A stretch of 61,054 nt of DNA, from the NCBI RefSeq assembly GCF_017307565.1, contig NZ_JAFKHD010000070.1, forward strand, positions 1 to 61,054, in the 5' to 3' direction. Both the position numbers and the translations under genes were made by a program. How positions within the stretch are numbered: the first letter of the stretch is position 1; every line of letters begins with the position of its first letter. The notes under the pieces are model-generated. The model made no database searches and was not told the DNA's origin. It worked only from the letters and a program-made list of their open reading frames with translations. Below are positions 7,895 to 18,268 of the stretch, in pieces. Source of the DNA: Devosia sp. GTDB taxonomy: Bacteria; Pseudomonadota; Alphaproteobacteria; Rhizobiales; Devosiaceae.

Positions 7895-10525
7895 TCAGAA
7901 CGGCGGATCTTCTTCGGTCGTTGCGGCGACCTTCTTCTTGGCTGGTGCCTTTTTGGCGGCCGGCTTCTTTTCAGCTGTGGCCTTGGCGGCAGGCCTTTTG
8001 GCAGCGGCCTTTTTCGCCGGAGCCTTTTTCACCTTGGTGCCGGTCGCGGCCGCGCGGGCGGCGATCCATTCGACGGCCTGTTCGACGGTGACGTCCTCGG
8101 GCTTTACGTCCTTGGGGATGGTCGCGTTAACCTTGCCCTGGTTCACGTATGGCCCATAGCGGCCGGCGCGGACGGTGATCGGGCCGCCATCGTGCTCGAA
8201 AGTCTGGATGGCTGCGACCGCAGTGCCGCCGCCGCGCTTGAAGCCACCGGCGGCTTTTTGGGCGAGGAGGTCGACGGCGCGGTTGAGGCCGACGGTGAAG
8301 ACTTCTTCCACGTCCGGCAGGTTGGCATATTTGCCATCGTGCAGGATGAAGGGGCCGTAGCGGCCAAGGCCGGCGGAGATGGGCAGGCCGGATTCGGGAT
8401 GGAGGCCGACTTCACGCGGCAGCGAGAGCAGCTGTAGCGCTTTTTCGAGCGTGAGCGAGCCCGGCTCCCAGCCCTTGGGCAGGGACGAGCGCTTGGGCTC
8501 CTTGCCTTCGCCGAGCTGGACATAGGGGCCGAAGCGGCCAGATTTGAGGTGGACTTCTTCGCCCGATTCCGGATCGGTGCCGAGGACGCCATCACCGGCC
8601 GCCGCTTCCGAGGACTGGCCGGAGGCCGCGTCGGAGAGCTGCATCGTGTGCTTGCACTCGGGATAGTTCGAGCAGCCGATGAAGGCGCCGAATTTGCCGA
8701 GTTTCAGCGACAGCGTGCCTGTGCCGCAGGTTGGGCAGCGGCGTGGATCGGAACCGTCTTCCTTGGGCGGAAAGATACGGCTGGCAAGCAGGTCATTGAG
8801 CGCGTCGAGGACTTCGGAAACGCGGAGATCCTTGATCTCTTCGACGTTGCCGGTGAAATCCTTCCAGAAATCGCGGAGCACCTGCTTGTAGTCGAGCTTG
8901 CCATCCGAAATTTCGTCGAGCTGCTCTTCGAGGCCGGCCGTAAAGCCGTATTCGACATAGCGGGTAAAGAAGCTTTCGAGGAAGGCGGTGACGATGCGGC
9001 CGCGATCTTCGGGGTGCAGCGCCTTGCCTTCGAGGCGGACATAGTCGCGGTCCTTGAGGGTCGAGAGCGTTGCCGCATAGGTGGAAGGGCGGCCGATGCC
9101 GAGCTCTTCCATCTTCTTGATCAGGCTCGCTTCGGTATACCGGCTCGGCGGCTGGGTGAAGTGCTGCTCGATGTCGACCTTTTCAAGGTTCGGCTTGTCG
9201 CCGACCTTGAGCGGGGGCAGTTCGCGGCTATCTTCGTCTTCCGTGTCCTCGTCGGATTTGACCTCGACGCCGTAGAGCTTGAGGAAGCCCGGGAAGGTGA
9301 CGACGGAGCCGACGGCGCGCAGCTCGACCGAGCGACCGGGCACGTTGACGGCGATGTCCACCGTGGTGCGGTCGATTTCAGCCGACTTCATCTGCGAGGC
9401 GAGGGTGCGGCGCCAGATCAGGCCATAGAGCTTTGCCTGATCGGCGTCGAGGCTGAGCTGCTCGGGGCGCTTGAACATATCCGTCGGTCGGATCGCTTCG
9501 TGCGCTTCCTGGGCGTTCTTGGCCTTGGACTGATAGATGCGTGCCTTTTCCGGCAGATATTCGTCGCCGTAATATTTGCCAATGACCGAGCGGGCCATGG
9601 CGATGCCTTCCGGCGCCATCTGCACGGCGTCGGTACGCATATAGGTGATGAGGCCGTCTTCGTAGAGGCGCTGGGCGATCTGCATGGTGCGCGAGGGCGA
9701 GAGGCCAAGGCGCGACGACGCATCCTGCTGCAGGGAAGACGTGGTGAAGGGCGCGTATGGGTTACGCTTGGTCGGCTTCTTTTCGACGTTGGAAACGTTG
9801 AACTGGCCAGCTTCAATGAGCCTTTTCAGCGCGGCGGCGTCTTCACCGGTCTTGATGTCGAGCTTGTCGGTCTTCTTGCCATCGACGGAGAAGAGGCGCG
9901 CAACAAAGCCCTTGCCGTTCTGCGAGAGCGCGGCTTCGACGGACCAGTATTCTTCCGCCTTGAACTTTTCGATCTCGGCTTCACGGTCGGAGACGAGGCG
10001 CAGGGCCACGGACTGAACGCGGCCGGCCGAGCGCGAGCCCGGCAGCTTGCGCCAGAGGATCGGAGATAGGGTGAAGCCCACGAGATAGTCGAGGGCGCGG
10101 CGGGCGAGATAGGCGTCCACGAGCGGCATATCGACATCGCGCGGATGCGCCATGGCCGTGGTCACGGCATCTTTGGTGATGGCGTTAAAGACCACGCGCT
10201 GGACCGGCGTATCTTTCTTCAGCGCCTTCTTCTGCCGGAGCACGTCGAGAATGTGCCAGGAAATGGCCTCGCCTTCGCGATCAGGGTCGGTTGCGAGGAT
10301 CAGGCCATCGGCCCCCTTGAGGGCATTGGCAATGTCGGCAACGCGCTTCTTGGAGGCCGTATCGACCTCCCAGGACATGGCGAAATCTTCATCGGGACGG
10401 ACCGAACCGTCCTTGGCAGGCAAGTCACGGATGTGGCCGAACGAAGCCAGGACCTCATAGTCCTTGCCCAAATACTTGTTGATTGTCTTGGCCTTAGCCG
10501 GACTTTCAACGACGACGACCTTCAT
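7895..10525 (-). CDS. topA: DNA topoisomerase I
   Basis: VVESPAKAKTI, ATDPDREGEAI, SAGRVQS, LITYMRTD, zinc ribbon, Lys/Ala-rich tail. Confidence 0.97.
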   Translation of the reverse strand: MKVVVVESPAKAKTINKYLGKDYEVLASFGHIRDLPAKDGSVRPDEDFAMSWEVDTASKKRVADIANALKGADGLILATDPDREGEAISWHILDVLRQKKALKKDTPVQRVVFNAITKDAVTTAMAHPRDVDMPLVDAYLARRALDYLVGFTLSPILWRKLPGSRSAGRVQSVALRLVSDREAEIEKFKAEEYWSVEAALSQNGKGFVARLFSVDGKKTDKLDIKTGEDAAALKRLIEAGQFNVSNVEKKPTKRNPYAPFTTSSLQQDASSRLGLSPSRTMQIAQRLYEDGLITYMRTDAVQMAPEGIAMARSVIGKYYGDEYLPEKARIYQSKAKNAQEAHEAIRPTDMFKRPEQLSLDADQAKLYGLIWRRTLASQMKSAEIDRTTVDIAVNVPGRSVELRAVGSVVTFPGFLKLYGVEVKSDEDTEDEDSRELPPLKVGDKPNLEKVDIEQHFTQPPSRYTEASLIKKMEELGIGRPSTYAATLSTLKDRDYVRLEGKALHPEDRGRIVTAFLESFFTRYVEYGFTAGLEEQLDEISDGKLDYKQVLRDFWKDFTGNVEEIKDLRVSEVLDALNDLLASRIFPPKEDGSDPRRCPTCGTGTLSLKLGKFGAFIGCSNYPECKHTMQLSDAASGQSSEAAAGDGVLGTDPESGEEVHLKSGRFGPYVQLGEGKEPKRSSLPKGWEPGSLTLEKALQLLSLPREVGLHPESGLPISAGLGRYGPFILHDGKYANLPDVEEVFTVGLNRAVDLLAQKAAGGFKRGGGTAVAAIQTFEHDGGPITVRAGRYGPYVNQGKVNATIPKDVKPEDVTVEQAVEWIAARAAATGTKVKKAPAKKAAAKRPAAKATAEKKPAAKKAPAKKKVAATTEEDPPF

Positions 10526-10609
10526 GGAGTACCCGTTCCGCAACGCTGTTACCGAGGAGGCGCAACATGGTGAACCGAGGGGGCGGTGTCAACGGGGGGC
10601 TGATTTTGC

Positions 10610-11734
10610 TCAAGCGCCCCGCAAAGCGACGAGCTGGCCAGACGACCATTCGATCTGTCCGGCGAGGTCGAGCTCAAGCAGCAAAATCTGCATGGCCTGC
10701 GGTGTGATAGTCGTCTGGGCCAGCAATTCTTCTATGTCGGTCGGGGTCGTAGACAGCGCTGTGAGCAGGCGCGAACGTTCATCGGCGCCGGGTGGCGGCT
10801 CAGGCACCATATCGGTCCCGGGGTGCCATTCGGCCTCGAACAGCATCGAGCGCGCCGGGTCCGCACCGCCAATGGTTTCGAGAATGTCGGCAGCACAGGT
10901 GATGAGGCGCGCGCCTTGCTGAATGAGGGCATTGCCGCCTTCGGCCCGTGGATCGAGCGGCGAGCCTGGAACTGCGAAGACGTCGCGATTTTGCTCCAGC
11001 GCGAGGCGCGCCGTGATCAGCGAACCCGAGCGTTTGGCCGCTTCCACGACGACGGTGCCGAGCGACAGACCGGAAACGATACGGTTACGCCTCGGGAAGT
11101 CGCGAGCGCGCGGCTCCCAGCCAAGCGGCATTTCGGTGACGAGAGCGCCGCCATAGCCGAGGATTTCTGAGGCGAGCGGAATGTTTTCGTCTGGGTAGAT
11201 GCAGTCGAGCCCGCCGGCGAGAACGGCGATGGTGCCGGTGGTCAGGCTGGCGCGATGGGCTGAGGTGTCGATGCCACGTGCCAGGCCAGAGACGACGACA
11301 TAGCCGGCTTCGCCGAGATCGGTGGTCAGGAGGCGCGTCATCTTGGCGCCGGCGGCCGACGCATTGCGCGCGCCGACGATAGCGACCGTTCGATGCCAGT
11401 CGAGGTTTTCGCCGCCCGCGACCGTAAGGACGGGCGGCGCGCCCGGAATGTGCATGAGGTGTTCGGGATAATCCGCCTCGCCCATGGCGATGACGCGGGC
11501 ACCGAGGCCCTGGAGCGCGCTGATCTCGTCTTCAGCCTGGCTCGTAGAGGTGATGCGGAAGGGACGCCCAGCGCTGCGCATCAGGGCGGGCAGGGCGTCG
11601 AGCGCAGCATCGACCGAGCCGAAGCGGTTGACGAGCTGGCGGAAGGTGATGGGGCCGACATTGTCGCTGCGCGCCAGACGCAGCCAGGCCGTGCGTTGGG
11701 CCGGCGTGAGCTTTTGCGTCACGCGGGCCCGCAT
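10610..11734 (-). CDS. dprA: DNA-processing protein DprA
   Basis: AIVGARNAS, VSGLARGID, FPRRNRIVSG, VEAAKRSGSLITA. Confidence 0.95.
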   Translation of the reverse strand: MRARVTQKLTPAQRTAWLRLARSDNVGPITFRQLVNRFGSVDAALDALPALMRSAGRPFRITSTSQAEDEISALQGLGARVIAMGEADYPEHLMHIPGAPPVLTVAGGENLDWHRTVAIVGARNASAAGAKMTRLLTTDLGEAGYVVVSGLARGIDTSAHRASLTTGTIAVLAGGLDCIYPDENIPLASEILGYGGALVTEMPLGWEPRARDFPRRNRIVSGLSLGTVVVEAAKRSGSLITARLALEQNRDVFAVPGSPLDPRAEGGNALIQQGARLITCAADILETIGGADPARSMLFEAEWHPGTDMVPEPPPGADERSRLLTALSTTPTDIEELLAQTTITPQAMQILLLELDLAGQIEWSSGQLVALRGA

Positions 11735-11736
11735 GG

Positions 11737-12345
11737 TCAGCTCGCCTTCTTGCCGCCGCCGATAGTCGACTCGGTGCCATTGAGCAGGCGTGCGATGTTT
11801 TCGCGGTGCTGGAAGAACAGCAGCAGGGCAAGGCCAAGCACGGTCAATGACAGCCGCTCGTTGCCGAGCACATAGGCAAAGATCGGTGCCGTTGCTGCGG
11901 CGGTGAGCGCTGCAAGCGAGGAAATCTTGCGCGTGAAGGCGATGAGCAGCCAGACGGCGCAGAAGATCAGGCCCACCGGCCAGGCGAGCGAGAGGAGCGA
12001 GCCGATCATCACGGCGACGCCCTTGCCACCTTTGAAGCCGAGCCAGACCGGGAAGCAGTGCCCCAGGAAGGCGCCGACGGCGGCGAGCATGGCGGCTTCC
12101 TCGCCCCAGAAATAGCGGCAGACAAGAACCGGGATGGCAGCCTTGAGCGCATCGAGCACGAGCGTAGCGGCGGCAACCTGCTTGTTACCGGTGCGCAGCA
12201 CATTGGTCGCCCCAATATTGCCCGAGCCGATCTTGCGAATATCGCCGAGGCCGGCCGCCTGCGTCAGAATCAGGCCGAAAGGAATGGATCCGGCGAGATA
12301 GCCAATGGCCACAGCCAGAATGAGCGGCAGAAAATCGGTCGGCAT
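11737..12345 (-). CDS. plsY: Glycerol-3-phosphate acyltransferase PlsY
   Basis: [37 protein letters not shown]. Confidence 0.95.
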   Translation of the reverse strand: MPTDFLPLILAVAIGYLAGSIPFGLILTQAAGLGDIRKIGSGNIGATNVLRTGNKQVAAATLVLDALKAAIPVLVCRYFWGEEAAMLAAVGAFLGHCFPVWLGFKGGKGVAVMIGSLLSLAWPVGLIFCAVWLLIAFTRKISSLAALTAAATAPIFAYVLGNERLSLTVLGLALLLFFQHRENIARLLNGTESTIGGGKKAS

Positions 12346-12438
12346 GGCTACTCCCTTATTAATGAGAGAAGTAGCGCCGGGCCGGACAAGGCACAAGGGG
12401 AGGAGGCCGAGGACTTGAGGAAAGCCTCGGCCCGATTG

Positions 12439-13506
12439 TCATTCTGCTGGCGCGGCCACGGTCTTGACCGGTCGTGTGCCGGGCAGGTGGGCCCAGGCGG
12501 GGCGCGCGAAGAGGAACTTGCCAAACCCGATCTTCTCGGTGATCCACCACAGAACCAGCGGCGACACGATCGCAACGACCATGACGACGAGGCTGACGAG
12601 GTTGGGCTCGTGGATGCCTGCAGCGAGCAGCAGCGTGCGGGCAATGCCCATGGGCAGCACGAAGGCGACGTAGACGACCAGCGACTTGCCACCCATCCAG
12701 CGCAGCCAGTTCATCCAGGGCAGGTGAACCAGCAGCGCGGAGGCGACACAGATCGCCAGAGCCCCTGCAAGCGCGGCCAGCAGGTGGACGCCGGGAAGCG
12801 CGGCCCAACCCATCTGGATATGGACGGGATCGAGCCGGAAGCCGGGCGTGAACACCAGCACCGCGTTGATGACTGCCCAGCCGGCGAGCAGGCCGAGTGC
12901 GGCGGCGACATTGTCGCTGGCCCAATCGGCTAGGCGAAAGATCATCGGGGCAAATACATAGCCGGCATAGAAATAGACGAAATAGGCGCAGAACTGGTCG
13001 ATGAGGTAGCTTCCGGTATGCACCGAGGCCATCTGCAGGGCCGCGCCGACGATAAGGACGCCCCAGAACGGCGCTTTGATCTGGTGCAGGAGCTTGCTGG
13101 TCAGCCCGAAGATGCCGAGCATGTAGATGAACCACAGTACGCCATAGGGTTCGACCACGGCCCAGGCGAGATAGGTCAGCGCGCCCCCGGGATCGCGGCC
13201 GACAAGGGCGACCTTGAAGACGATGTGGATCACCGCCCAGAGCGCATAGAAATAGAAATAGTGAACGATGCGCCGGTCGGCATAGGCCCGCCAGGGACGA
13301 TCGATGACCTGGGAGAGGAACAGGCCCGAGATCAGGAAGAATTCGGGCATGCGGAAGGGCATGGCAAAGGCGATGGTCCAATGCAGGAAGCCGGTCTGCC
13401 CGGTATCCTCGCCCACGCTCGATGCGCAATACATGATTACGACGAGAAAGATCGACAGGCCCTTGGCCATATCAACCCAATCAAGTCTTTGCTTGGCCTC
13501 TGCCAT
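12439..13506 (-). CDS. Acyltransferase-3 family membrane protein
   Basis: RLDWVDMAKG, FRMPEFFLISG, LWFIY; about 10 TM segments. Confidence 0.85.
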   Translation of the reverse strand: MAEAKQRLDWVDMAKGLSIFLVVIMYCASSVGEDTGQTGFLHWTIAFAMPFRMPEFFLISGLFLSQVIDRPWRAYADRRIVHYFYFYALWAVIHIVFKVALVGRDPGGALTYLAWAVVEPYGVLWFIYMLGIFGLTSKLLHQIKAPFWGVLIVGAALQMASVHTGSYLIDQFCAYFVYFYAGYVFAPMIFRLADWASDNVAAALGLLAGWAVINAVLVFTPGFRLDPVHIQMGWAALPGVHLLAALAGALAICVASALLVHLPWMNWLRWMGGKSLVVYVAFVLPMGIARTLLLAAGIHEPNLVSLVVMVVAIVSPLVLWWITEKIGFGKFLFARPAWAHLPGTRPVKTVAAPAE

Positions 13507-13623
13507 TGTCGCGCTCCCATGCGATTTTACACGCACGGTAGCGAAAGCCCGACACCAGCCGGTTAAAGCAGGCGGTCAGCTTCTAGACAATTGCTGCAGT
13601 GGTAAGAAATGCCCTAAGGCCGG

Positions 13624-13716
13624 TCAGACCGGCACAGAGGCATATGCTGCGAAAAGCAGGCCAAGCGAGGCGAAAAACATTACTGAGAGAGCAATCTGGG
13701 TTTTACGCATGTGCAT
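13624..13716 (-). CDS. Putative 30-aa single-TM small protein
   Basis: MHMRKTQIALSVMFFASLGLLFAAYASVPV; AGGA four nt before ATG; not in the ORF track. Confidence 0.5.
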   Translation of the reverse strand: MHMRKTQIALSVMFFASLGLLFAAYASVPV

Positions 13717-13757
13717 ACAGTCCTACGCCAAGCTCGGCGCGTCATCAGTTATCGCAA

Positions 13758-13772
13758 TTAAGCGTTAATTAG
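13758..13772. promoter_or_regulatory. CtrA-like box (TTAA-N7-TTAG)
   Basis: ttaa-gcgttaa-ttag, overlapping the purS stop, about 40 bp upstream of the small ORF. Confidence 0.4.
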
Positions 13773-14007
13773 AGATTTCGATCTGGTAGTTTTCGATCAC
13801 AGTATTCGCCAGCAGCTTTTCGCACATGCCGGTCAACTGTGTCCGCGCGGCTTCCACATCGGTGCCGTCGAGAACCAGGTCAAAAACCTTGCCCTGGCGG
13901 ACGCCCTTGACGCCGCCAAAGCCGAGGGAGGCCAGGGAGCCTTCGATGGCCTGGCCCTGGGGGTCGAGAACGCCAGCCTTGAGGGTGACGGTAACGCGCG
14001 CCTTCAT
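13765..14007 (-). CDS. purS: FGAM synthase subunit PurS
   Basis: VLDPQG, VRQGKVF, MCEKLLANTVIENY. Confidence 0.97.
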   Translation of the reverse strand: MKARVTVTLKAGVLDPQGQAIEGSLASLGFGGVKGVRQGKVFDLVLDGTDVEAARTQLTGMCEKLLANTVIENYQIEISN

Positions 14008-14023
14008 GGTGTCTTCCCGAAAT

Positions 14024-14788
14024 TTACTGGACGAGACGCGGACCGGTGGTCAGCGCATTGTCGTTTTCAACGAGGATGCCGAGGCGCTGGGCCACTTCGC
14101 GATAGCTCTCGACGAGACCGCCGAGGTTTTCGCGGAAACGGTCCTTGTCGAGCTTGTTGCGGGTTTTGATGTCCCACAGGCGGCAATTGTCCGGGCTGAT
14201 TTCGTCAGCCAGCACGATGCGCATCAGATCGCCTTCATAGAGGCGGCCGCACTCGATCTTGAAATCGACGAGCTGGATGCCGACGCCCATGAAGAGGCCG
14301 GTCAGGAAGTCGTTGACGCGGATGGCAAGGCTCATGATGTCGTCGAGCTCGGCCGGGGTGGCCCAGCCGAAGGCCGTAATGTGCTCTTCCGACACCATCG
14401 GGTCGTTGAGGGCATCGTCCTTGTAGTAGAACTCGATGATCGAGCGGGGCAGCTGCGTGCCGGGCTCGAGGCCGAGGCGCTTGCAGAGCGAGCCGGCGGC
14501 ATAGTTGCGCACGACCACTTCAAGCGGGATGATCTCGACTTCCTTGATCAACTGCTCGCGCATGTTGATGCGACGCAGGAAGTGGGTCGGGATGCCCATG
14601 GAATTGAGCTTGGTGAACACGAATTCGGAGATTCGGTTGTTCAGCACGCCCTTGCCGTCGAGGACTTCATGACGGGCGCCGTTTCCGGCGGTCGTGTCGT
14701 CCTTGAAATACTGGACCAGAGTGCCCGGTTCAGGACCCTCGAAAAGGATCTTGCCCTTGCCCTCATAGATTTTGCGTCGACGATTCAT
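14024..14788 (-). CDS. purC: SAICAR synthase
   Basis: [46 protein letters not shown]. Confidence 0.97.
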   Translation of the reverse strand: MNRRRKIYEGKGKILFEGPEPGTLVQYFKDDTTAGNGARHEVLDGKGVLNNRISEFVFTKLNSMGIPTHFLRRINMREQLIKEVEIIPLEVVVRNYAAGSLCKRLGLEPGTQLPRSIIEFYYKDDALNDPMVSEEHITAFGWATPAELDDIMSLAIRVNDFLTGLFMGVGIQLVDFKIECGRLYEGDLMRIVLADEISPDNCRLWDIKTRNKLDKDRFRENLGGLVESYREVAQRLGILVENDNALTTGPRLVQ

Positions 14789-15018
14789 GGGGGTATCCGC
14801 TGCCGTGAAAAAGCGCACCGTTTAGGCGCGCTTCATGCGCCAGAATGGCACGGAATTGCAAGCTCTTTCGTGTCGTCCACAAGCGCCGTCGCCGCTGACT
14901 GTGGCTGGCTGCACACAAGGTCGCATGCTGCGGCTCGCCGTTGATTTGCTGCCTGCAACCGCCTATGTCGGTTGTGAACCGGCCGGGCATCCGGCACATG
15001 AGCCATATGGGAGAGACC

Positions 15019-15342
15019 ATGAGCGCGTTCGACGAGCGTCAGAAGGGCCAGGAAGCAAAGTTCGCTTTCGATGCCGAGAAGAAATTCAAGGCCGAAGCAC
15101 GGCGCAACAAGCTGCTGGGTATCTGGGCCGCCGAGCTGATGAGCCTTTCGGGCGATGAAGCCAAGGCCTATGCCGCCGAAGTGGTTGCCGCCGATTTCGA
15201 AGAAGCCGGCGACGGGGACGTGTTCCGCAAGGTTTCGTCCGATCTCAAGGCCAAGGGCATCACCATCGGCGACGACGTGATTCGTCAGAAGATGGATACC
15301 CTGGCTGGCGTCGCCAACGAGCAGATCGCCTCCGAAGGCTGA
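15019..15342 (+). CDS. DUF1476 / F1Fo ATPase inhibitor zeta subunit
   Basis: MSAFDERQKGQEAKFAFD...ARRNKLLGIWAA...EEAGD; divergent from purC. Confidence 0.85.
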   Translation: MSAFDERQKGQEAKFAFDAEKKFKAEARRNKLLGIWAAELMSLSGDEAKAYAAEVVAADFEEAGDGDVFRKVSSDLKAKGITIGDDVIRQKMDTLAGVANEQIASEG

Positions 15343-15366
15343 TCTGCCCGACAGCGCAGAAACGAG

Positions 15367-15397
15367 AGGGAGCCGGTTGTTGCCGGCTCCCTTTTTT
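15367..15397 (+). terminator. Intrinsic terminator
   Basis: agggagccgg-ttgttg-ccggctccct followed by a T run. Confidence 0.85.
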
Positions 15398-15703
15398 CTA
15401 TCCGATGATAACGCTGGTGGCGTCGTAGGCTGTCCCGTTCATCTTCCAGTGCACGGTGACCTTTTCGCCGGCCTTCAGGCCCGGGTCCTTAAAGGTGGTG
15501 GGCAGCTGATAAATCTTCCCATCCGCCAGGGTAAGGGTGTGAGCCTTGAGGTCAAAGGCCTTCACCGTGCCCGAGGTGGACTGGTCCATCGGCGCGGTCA
15601 CTGCGGGCTTTGCCGCAGGTGCTGCCGCAGTGCCTGCGGCAAATGCTGCGCCGGGTGCGACTGCCACCAGAGCCACGAGGAGGGGGGTAACGAATTTACG
15701 CAT
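15398..15703 (-). CDS. DUF1344-like exported protein
   Basis: Signal peptide; GTVKAFD...LTLADGKIYQLP...LKAGEKVTV. Confidence 0.7.
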   Translation of the reverse strand: MRKFVTPLLVALVAVAPGAAFAAGTAAAPAAKPAVTAPMDQSTSGTVKAFDLKAHTLTLADGKIYQLPTTFKDPGLKAGEKVTVHWKMNGTAYDATSVIIG

Positions 15704-15939
15704 GATCATCTCCATGCGAGCTGGGCGTGGTGCCCAATTGGCTGGTTTTCAGGACCCGTCGCGTCGCGAATGCCTTCGTCATTCACCGGCGTTTCCAAAC
15801 CAGCGGCAATGGTTTAGGCCCGCGTTTTTGCCTTCTCAAGTTAACAAGAATTAATTCTGCGAGGCGCTTTTAAGCCCCAATTTCAGGCAGTTAGGCGAAA
15901 TGGAGGCGGCATGTCGGCGCCGTTGCCAAACTTGTGTCG

Positions 15940-16359
15940 TCAAGCTTTCGTTACGCGTCTCGCCATGCCGATTGAGGCAGGCATGACCGGTTCGAAGCCA
16001 TATTTGGCATAAAGGTGTTTGGCCTCGCCGTCGGCAATAAGGCTGACATAAGCGCCCTCGGGTGCTTCGGCGGCCAATTTGTCCATCAGCGCGGTCATGA
16101 TGCGCTTGCCGAGCCCCTTGCCCTGATGGGCAGGCTCCACCGCAATATCGACGATCTGGAAGGCCGTGCCGCCATCGCCGATGACCCGGCCCATGCCGAT
16201 GGCCTGACCTTCGAAGAAGACCGTGACGCCAAACCAGCTGTTGGGGAGGCCAATGGAGGCCCCCTCGCGGGTCTTGGGGCTGAGGCCGGCAACGACGCGC
16301 AGGCGCAGATAGTCGTCGACGGACGGAACGTCGGGCACCAGGCGATAAGCGTCGGTCAT
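15940..16359 (-). CDS. GNAT acetyltransferase (AttT-like)
   Basis: GMGRVIGDGG, DIAVEPAHQGKGLG, LYAKYGF. Confidence 0.85.
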   Translation of the reverse strand: MTDAYRLVPDVPSVDDYLRLRVVAGLSPKTREGASIGLPNSWFGVTVFFEGQAIGMGRVIGDGGTAFQIVDIAVEPAHQGKGLGKRIMTALMDKLAAEAPEGAYVSLIADGEAKHLYAKYGFEPVMPASIGMARRVTKA

Positions 16360-16907
16360 AGGCGCTGCATCAGCCGTGTGAACATCATCAGGCCCTCAGG
16401 CCAGGGTCCGTGACCGGACTGGGCATTGATATGCCCTGCGTCGCCCGCCTGATGAAAGTCCGAACCCCAGGCGCCGGCATAGTCAGCGGCCCGCTCGAGC
16501 GAGCAGAAAGGGTCGGTTGAGGAAATCACCAGGAGCGAGGGAAAGGGCAGGGGATCGCGCGAAACCGGCCCAAAGCACTTTGCTTCCTCGGGCACATCCG
16601 GATTGAGCTCGACATCGGGTGGCGAGACCAGCAGGGCGCCTCGCACCACCCCTTCGGGGAAGCGCGATGCAGCCTGCACCAAGGCGATGCAGGCGAGCGA
16701 GTGAGCGACCAGCACAACCGGCCGCTTGGCCAGCTTGACGGCCTCGATGATGGTGTCGATCCAGTCTTCCGGATCGGGCTCGTCCCAGTCGGCCTGCTCC
16801 ACGATGGCGGCGGTCGACATCTTCTCCGCCCAGCGCACCTGCCAGTGGCCGGGGCCCGAACTGCCGAGGCCCGGCAGGATCAGGATGTCGGTATCGGCGA
16901 TTCTCAT
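16356..16907 (-). CDS. RBBP9/YdeN alpha/beta hydrolase
   Basis: PGLGSSGPGHWQ, AHSLAC, AGHIN...GHGPWPEG. Confidence 0.9.
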   Translation of the reverse strand: MRIADTDILILPGLGSSGPGHWQVRWAEKMSTAAIVEQADWDEPDPEDWIDTIIEAVKLAKRPVVLVAHSLACIALVQAASRFPEGVVRGALLVSPPDVELNPDVPEEAKCFGPVSRDPLPFPSLLVISSTDPFCSLERAADYAGAWGSDFHQAGDAGHINAQSGHGPWPEGLMMFTRLMQRL

Positions 16908-18238
16908 GCGCCGAAAACCCGCGAGAAGATCGTATCGACATGCTTGAGGTGGTAGCCGTCGTCGAACATGGCGTCGATCTGCGCGTCGCTCAGCGTCACA
17001 TCGGGATCGGCCTTGAGGTTCTGGGCGAAGAGGCCGGCGCGGTCGCCGCGGTGTTCCCAGACCTTCATGGCGTTGCGCTGCACGGCGGCATAGGAGTCTT
17101 CGCGGCTATAGCCGGCCTGGGTGAGCGCCAGCAGTACGCGCTGCGAATTGTGCAGACCGCCGAGGAGGTCGAGGTTCTTCCGCATGTTTTCCGGATAGAC
17201 GACGAGCTTGTCGATAACGCCGGTGAGGCGCGCAAGGGCGAAGTCGAGGGTCACGGTGGCGTCCGGTCCGATCATGCGCTCTACCGAGGAGTGCGAAATA
17301 TCGCGCTCGTGCCAGAGCGCCACGTTTTCGAGCGCCGGAGTCACCATGCCGCGCACGAGGCGGGCAAGGCCGGTGAGGTTTTCGGTCAACACCGGGTTAC
17401 GCTTGTGCGGCATGGCCGACGAGCCCTTCTGGCCCGGCGAGAAGAACTCTTCGGCTTCCAGAACTTCGGTGCGCTGCAGGTGGCGAATTTCGACGGCGAC
17501 GCGCTCGACCGACGAGGCGATCACGCCGAGCGTGGCGAAGAACATGGCGTGGCGATCGCGCGGAATCACCTGGGTGGACACGGGCTCGATCGAGAGGCCG
17601 AGCTTTTCGGCGACATATTCTTCGACCTGCGGATCGATATTGGCAAAGGTGCCGATGGCGCCGGAAATGGCTGCCGTGGCGATCTCGTCGCGGGCAGCAA
17701 CGAGGCGGGCGCGGTTGCGGCTGAACTCGGCATAGGCTTCGGCGAGCTTGACGCCAAAGGTCGTCGGCTCTGCGTGGATGCCGTGGCTGCGGCCGATGGT
17801 GATGGTGTGCTTGTGCTCCATGGCGCGGCGCTTGAGCGCGGCGAGCAGGGCATCGATATCGGCCAACAGAATATCGGCGGCGCGCTTCATCTGCACCGAC
17901 AGGGTCGTGTCCAGAATATCGGACGAGGTCATGCCCTGGTGCACGAAGCGGGCATCGGGACCGACGATTTCGGAAAGGTGCGTCAGAAAGGCAATGACGT
18001 CGTGCTTGGTGGTGCGTTCGATCTCGTCGATGCGTTCGACGTCAAAACCATAGTCACCCAGCTCGGCCTTGCGCGCGTTCATGACTTCCCAGATCTTGTC
18101 GGCGCCTTCCTTGGGCACGACGCCCACCTCGGCCAGTTGCTTCTCGGTCGCATGGGCTTCGATTTCGAACCAGATCGCGAAGCGGGTCTCGGCCGACCAG
18201 TTGGCCACCATTTCGGGACGGGAATAGCGCGGAATCAT
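16904..18238 (-). CDS. purB: Adenylosuccinate lyase
   Basis: MIPRYSR, GRSHGIHAEP, GSSAMPHKRNP. Confidence 0.97.
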   Translation of the reverse strand: MIPRYSRPEMVANWSAETRFAIWFEIEAHATEKQLAEVGVVPKEGADKIWEVMNARKAELGDYGFDVERIDEIERTTKHDVIAFLTHLSEIVGPDARFVHQGMTSSDILDTTLSVQMKRAADILLADIDALLAALKRRAMEHKHTITIGRSHGIHAEPTTFGVKLAEAYAEFSRNRARLVAARDEIATAAISGAIGTFANIDPQVEEYVAEKLGLSIEPVSTQVIPRDRHAMFFATLGVIASSVERVAVEIRHLQRTEVLEAEEFFSPGQKGSSAMPHKRNPVLTENLTGLARLVRGMVTPALENVALWHERDISHSSVERMIGPDATVTLDFALARLTGVIDKLVVYPENMRKNLDLLGGLHNSQRVLLALTQAGYSREDSYAAVQRNAMKVWEHRGDRAGLFAQNLKADPDVTLSDAQIDAMFDDGYHLKHVDTIFSRVFGA

Positions 18239-18268
18239 GGGCTTTGCCTTATGAGGTCAGAATTGGAT

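Noticed and set aside
7895-8050. Repetitive AAK/KKA stretch as a tandem repeat
   Set aside because: Normal low-complexity C-terminal tail of TopA.
15841-15854. CtrA box upstream of the DUF1344-like gene (also half-sites near 22108 and 49556)
   Set aside because: Half-site spacing is 6, 14 or 10 rather than 7; too weak to call.
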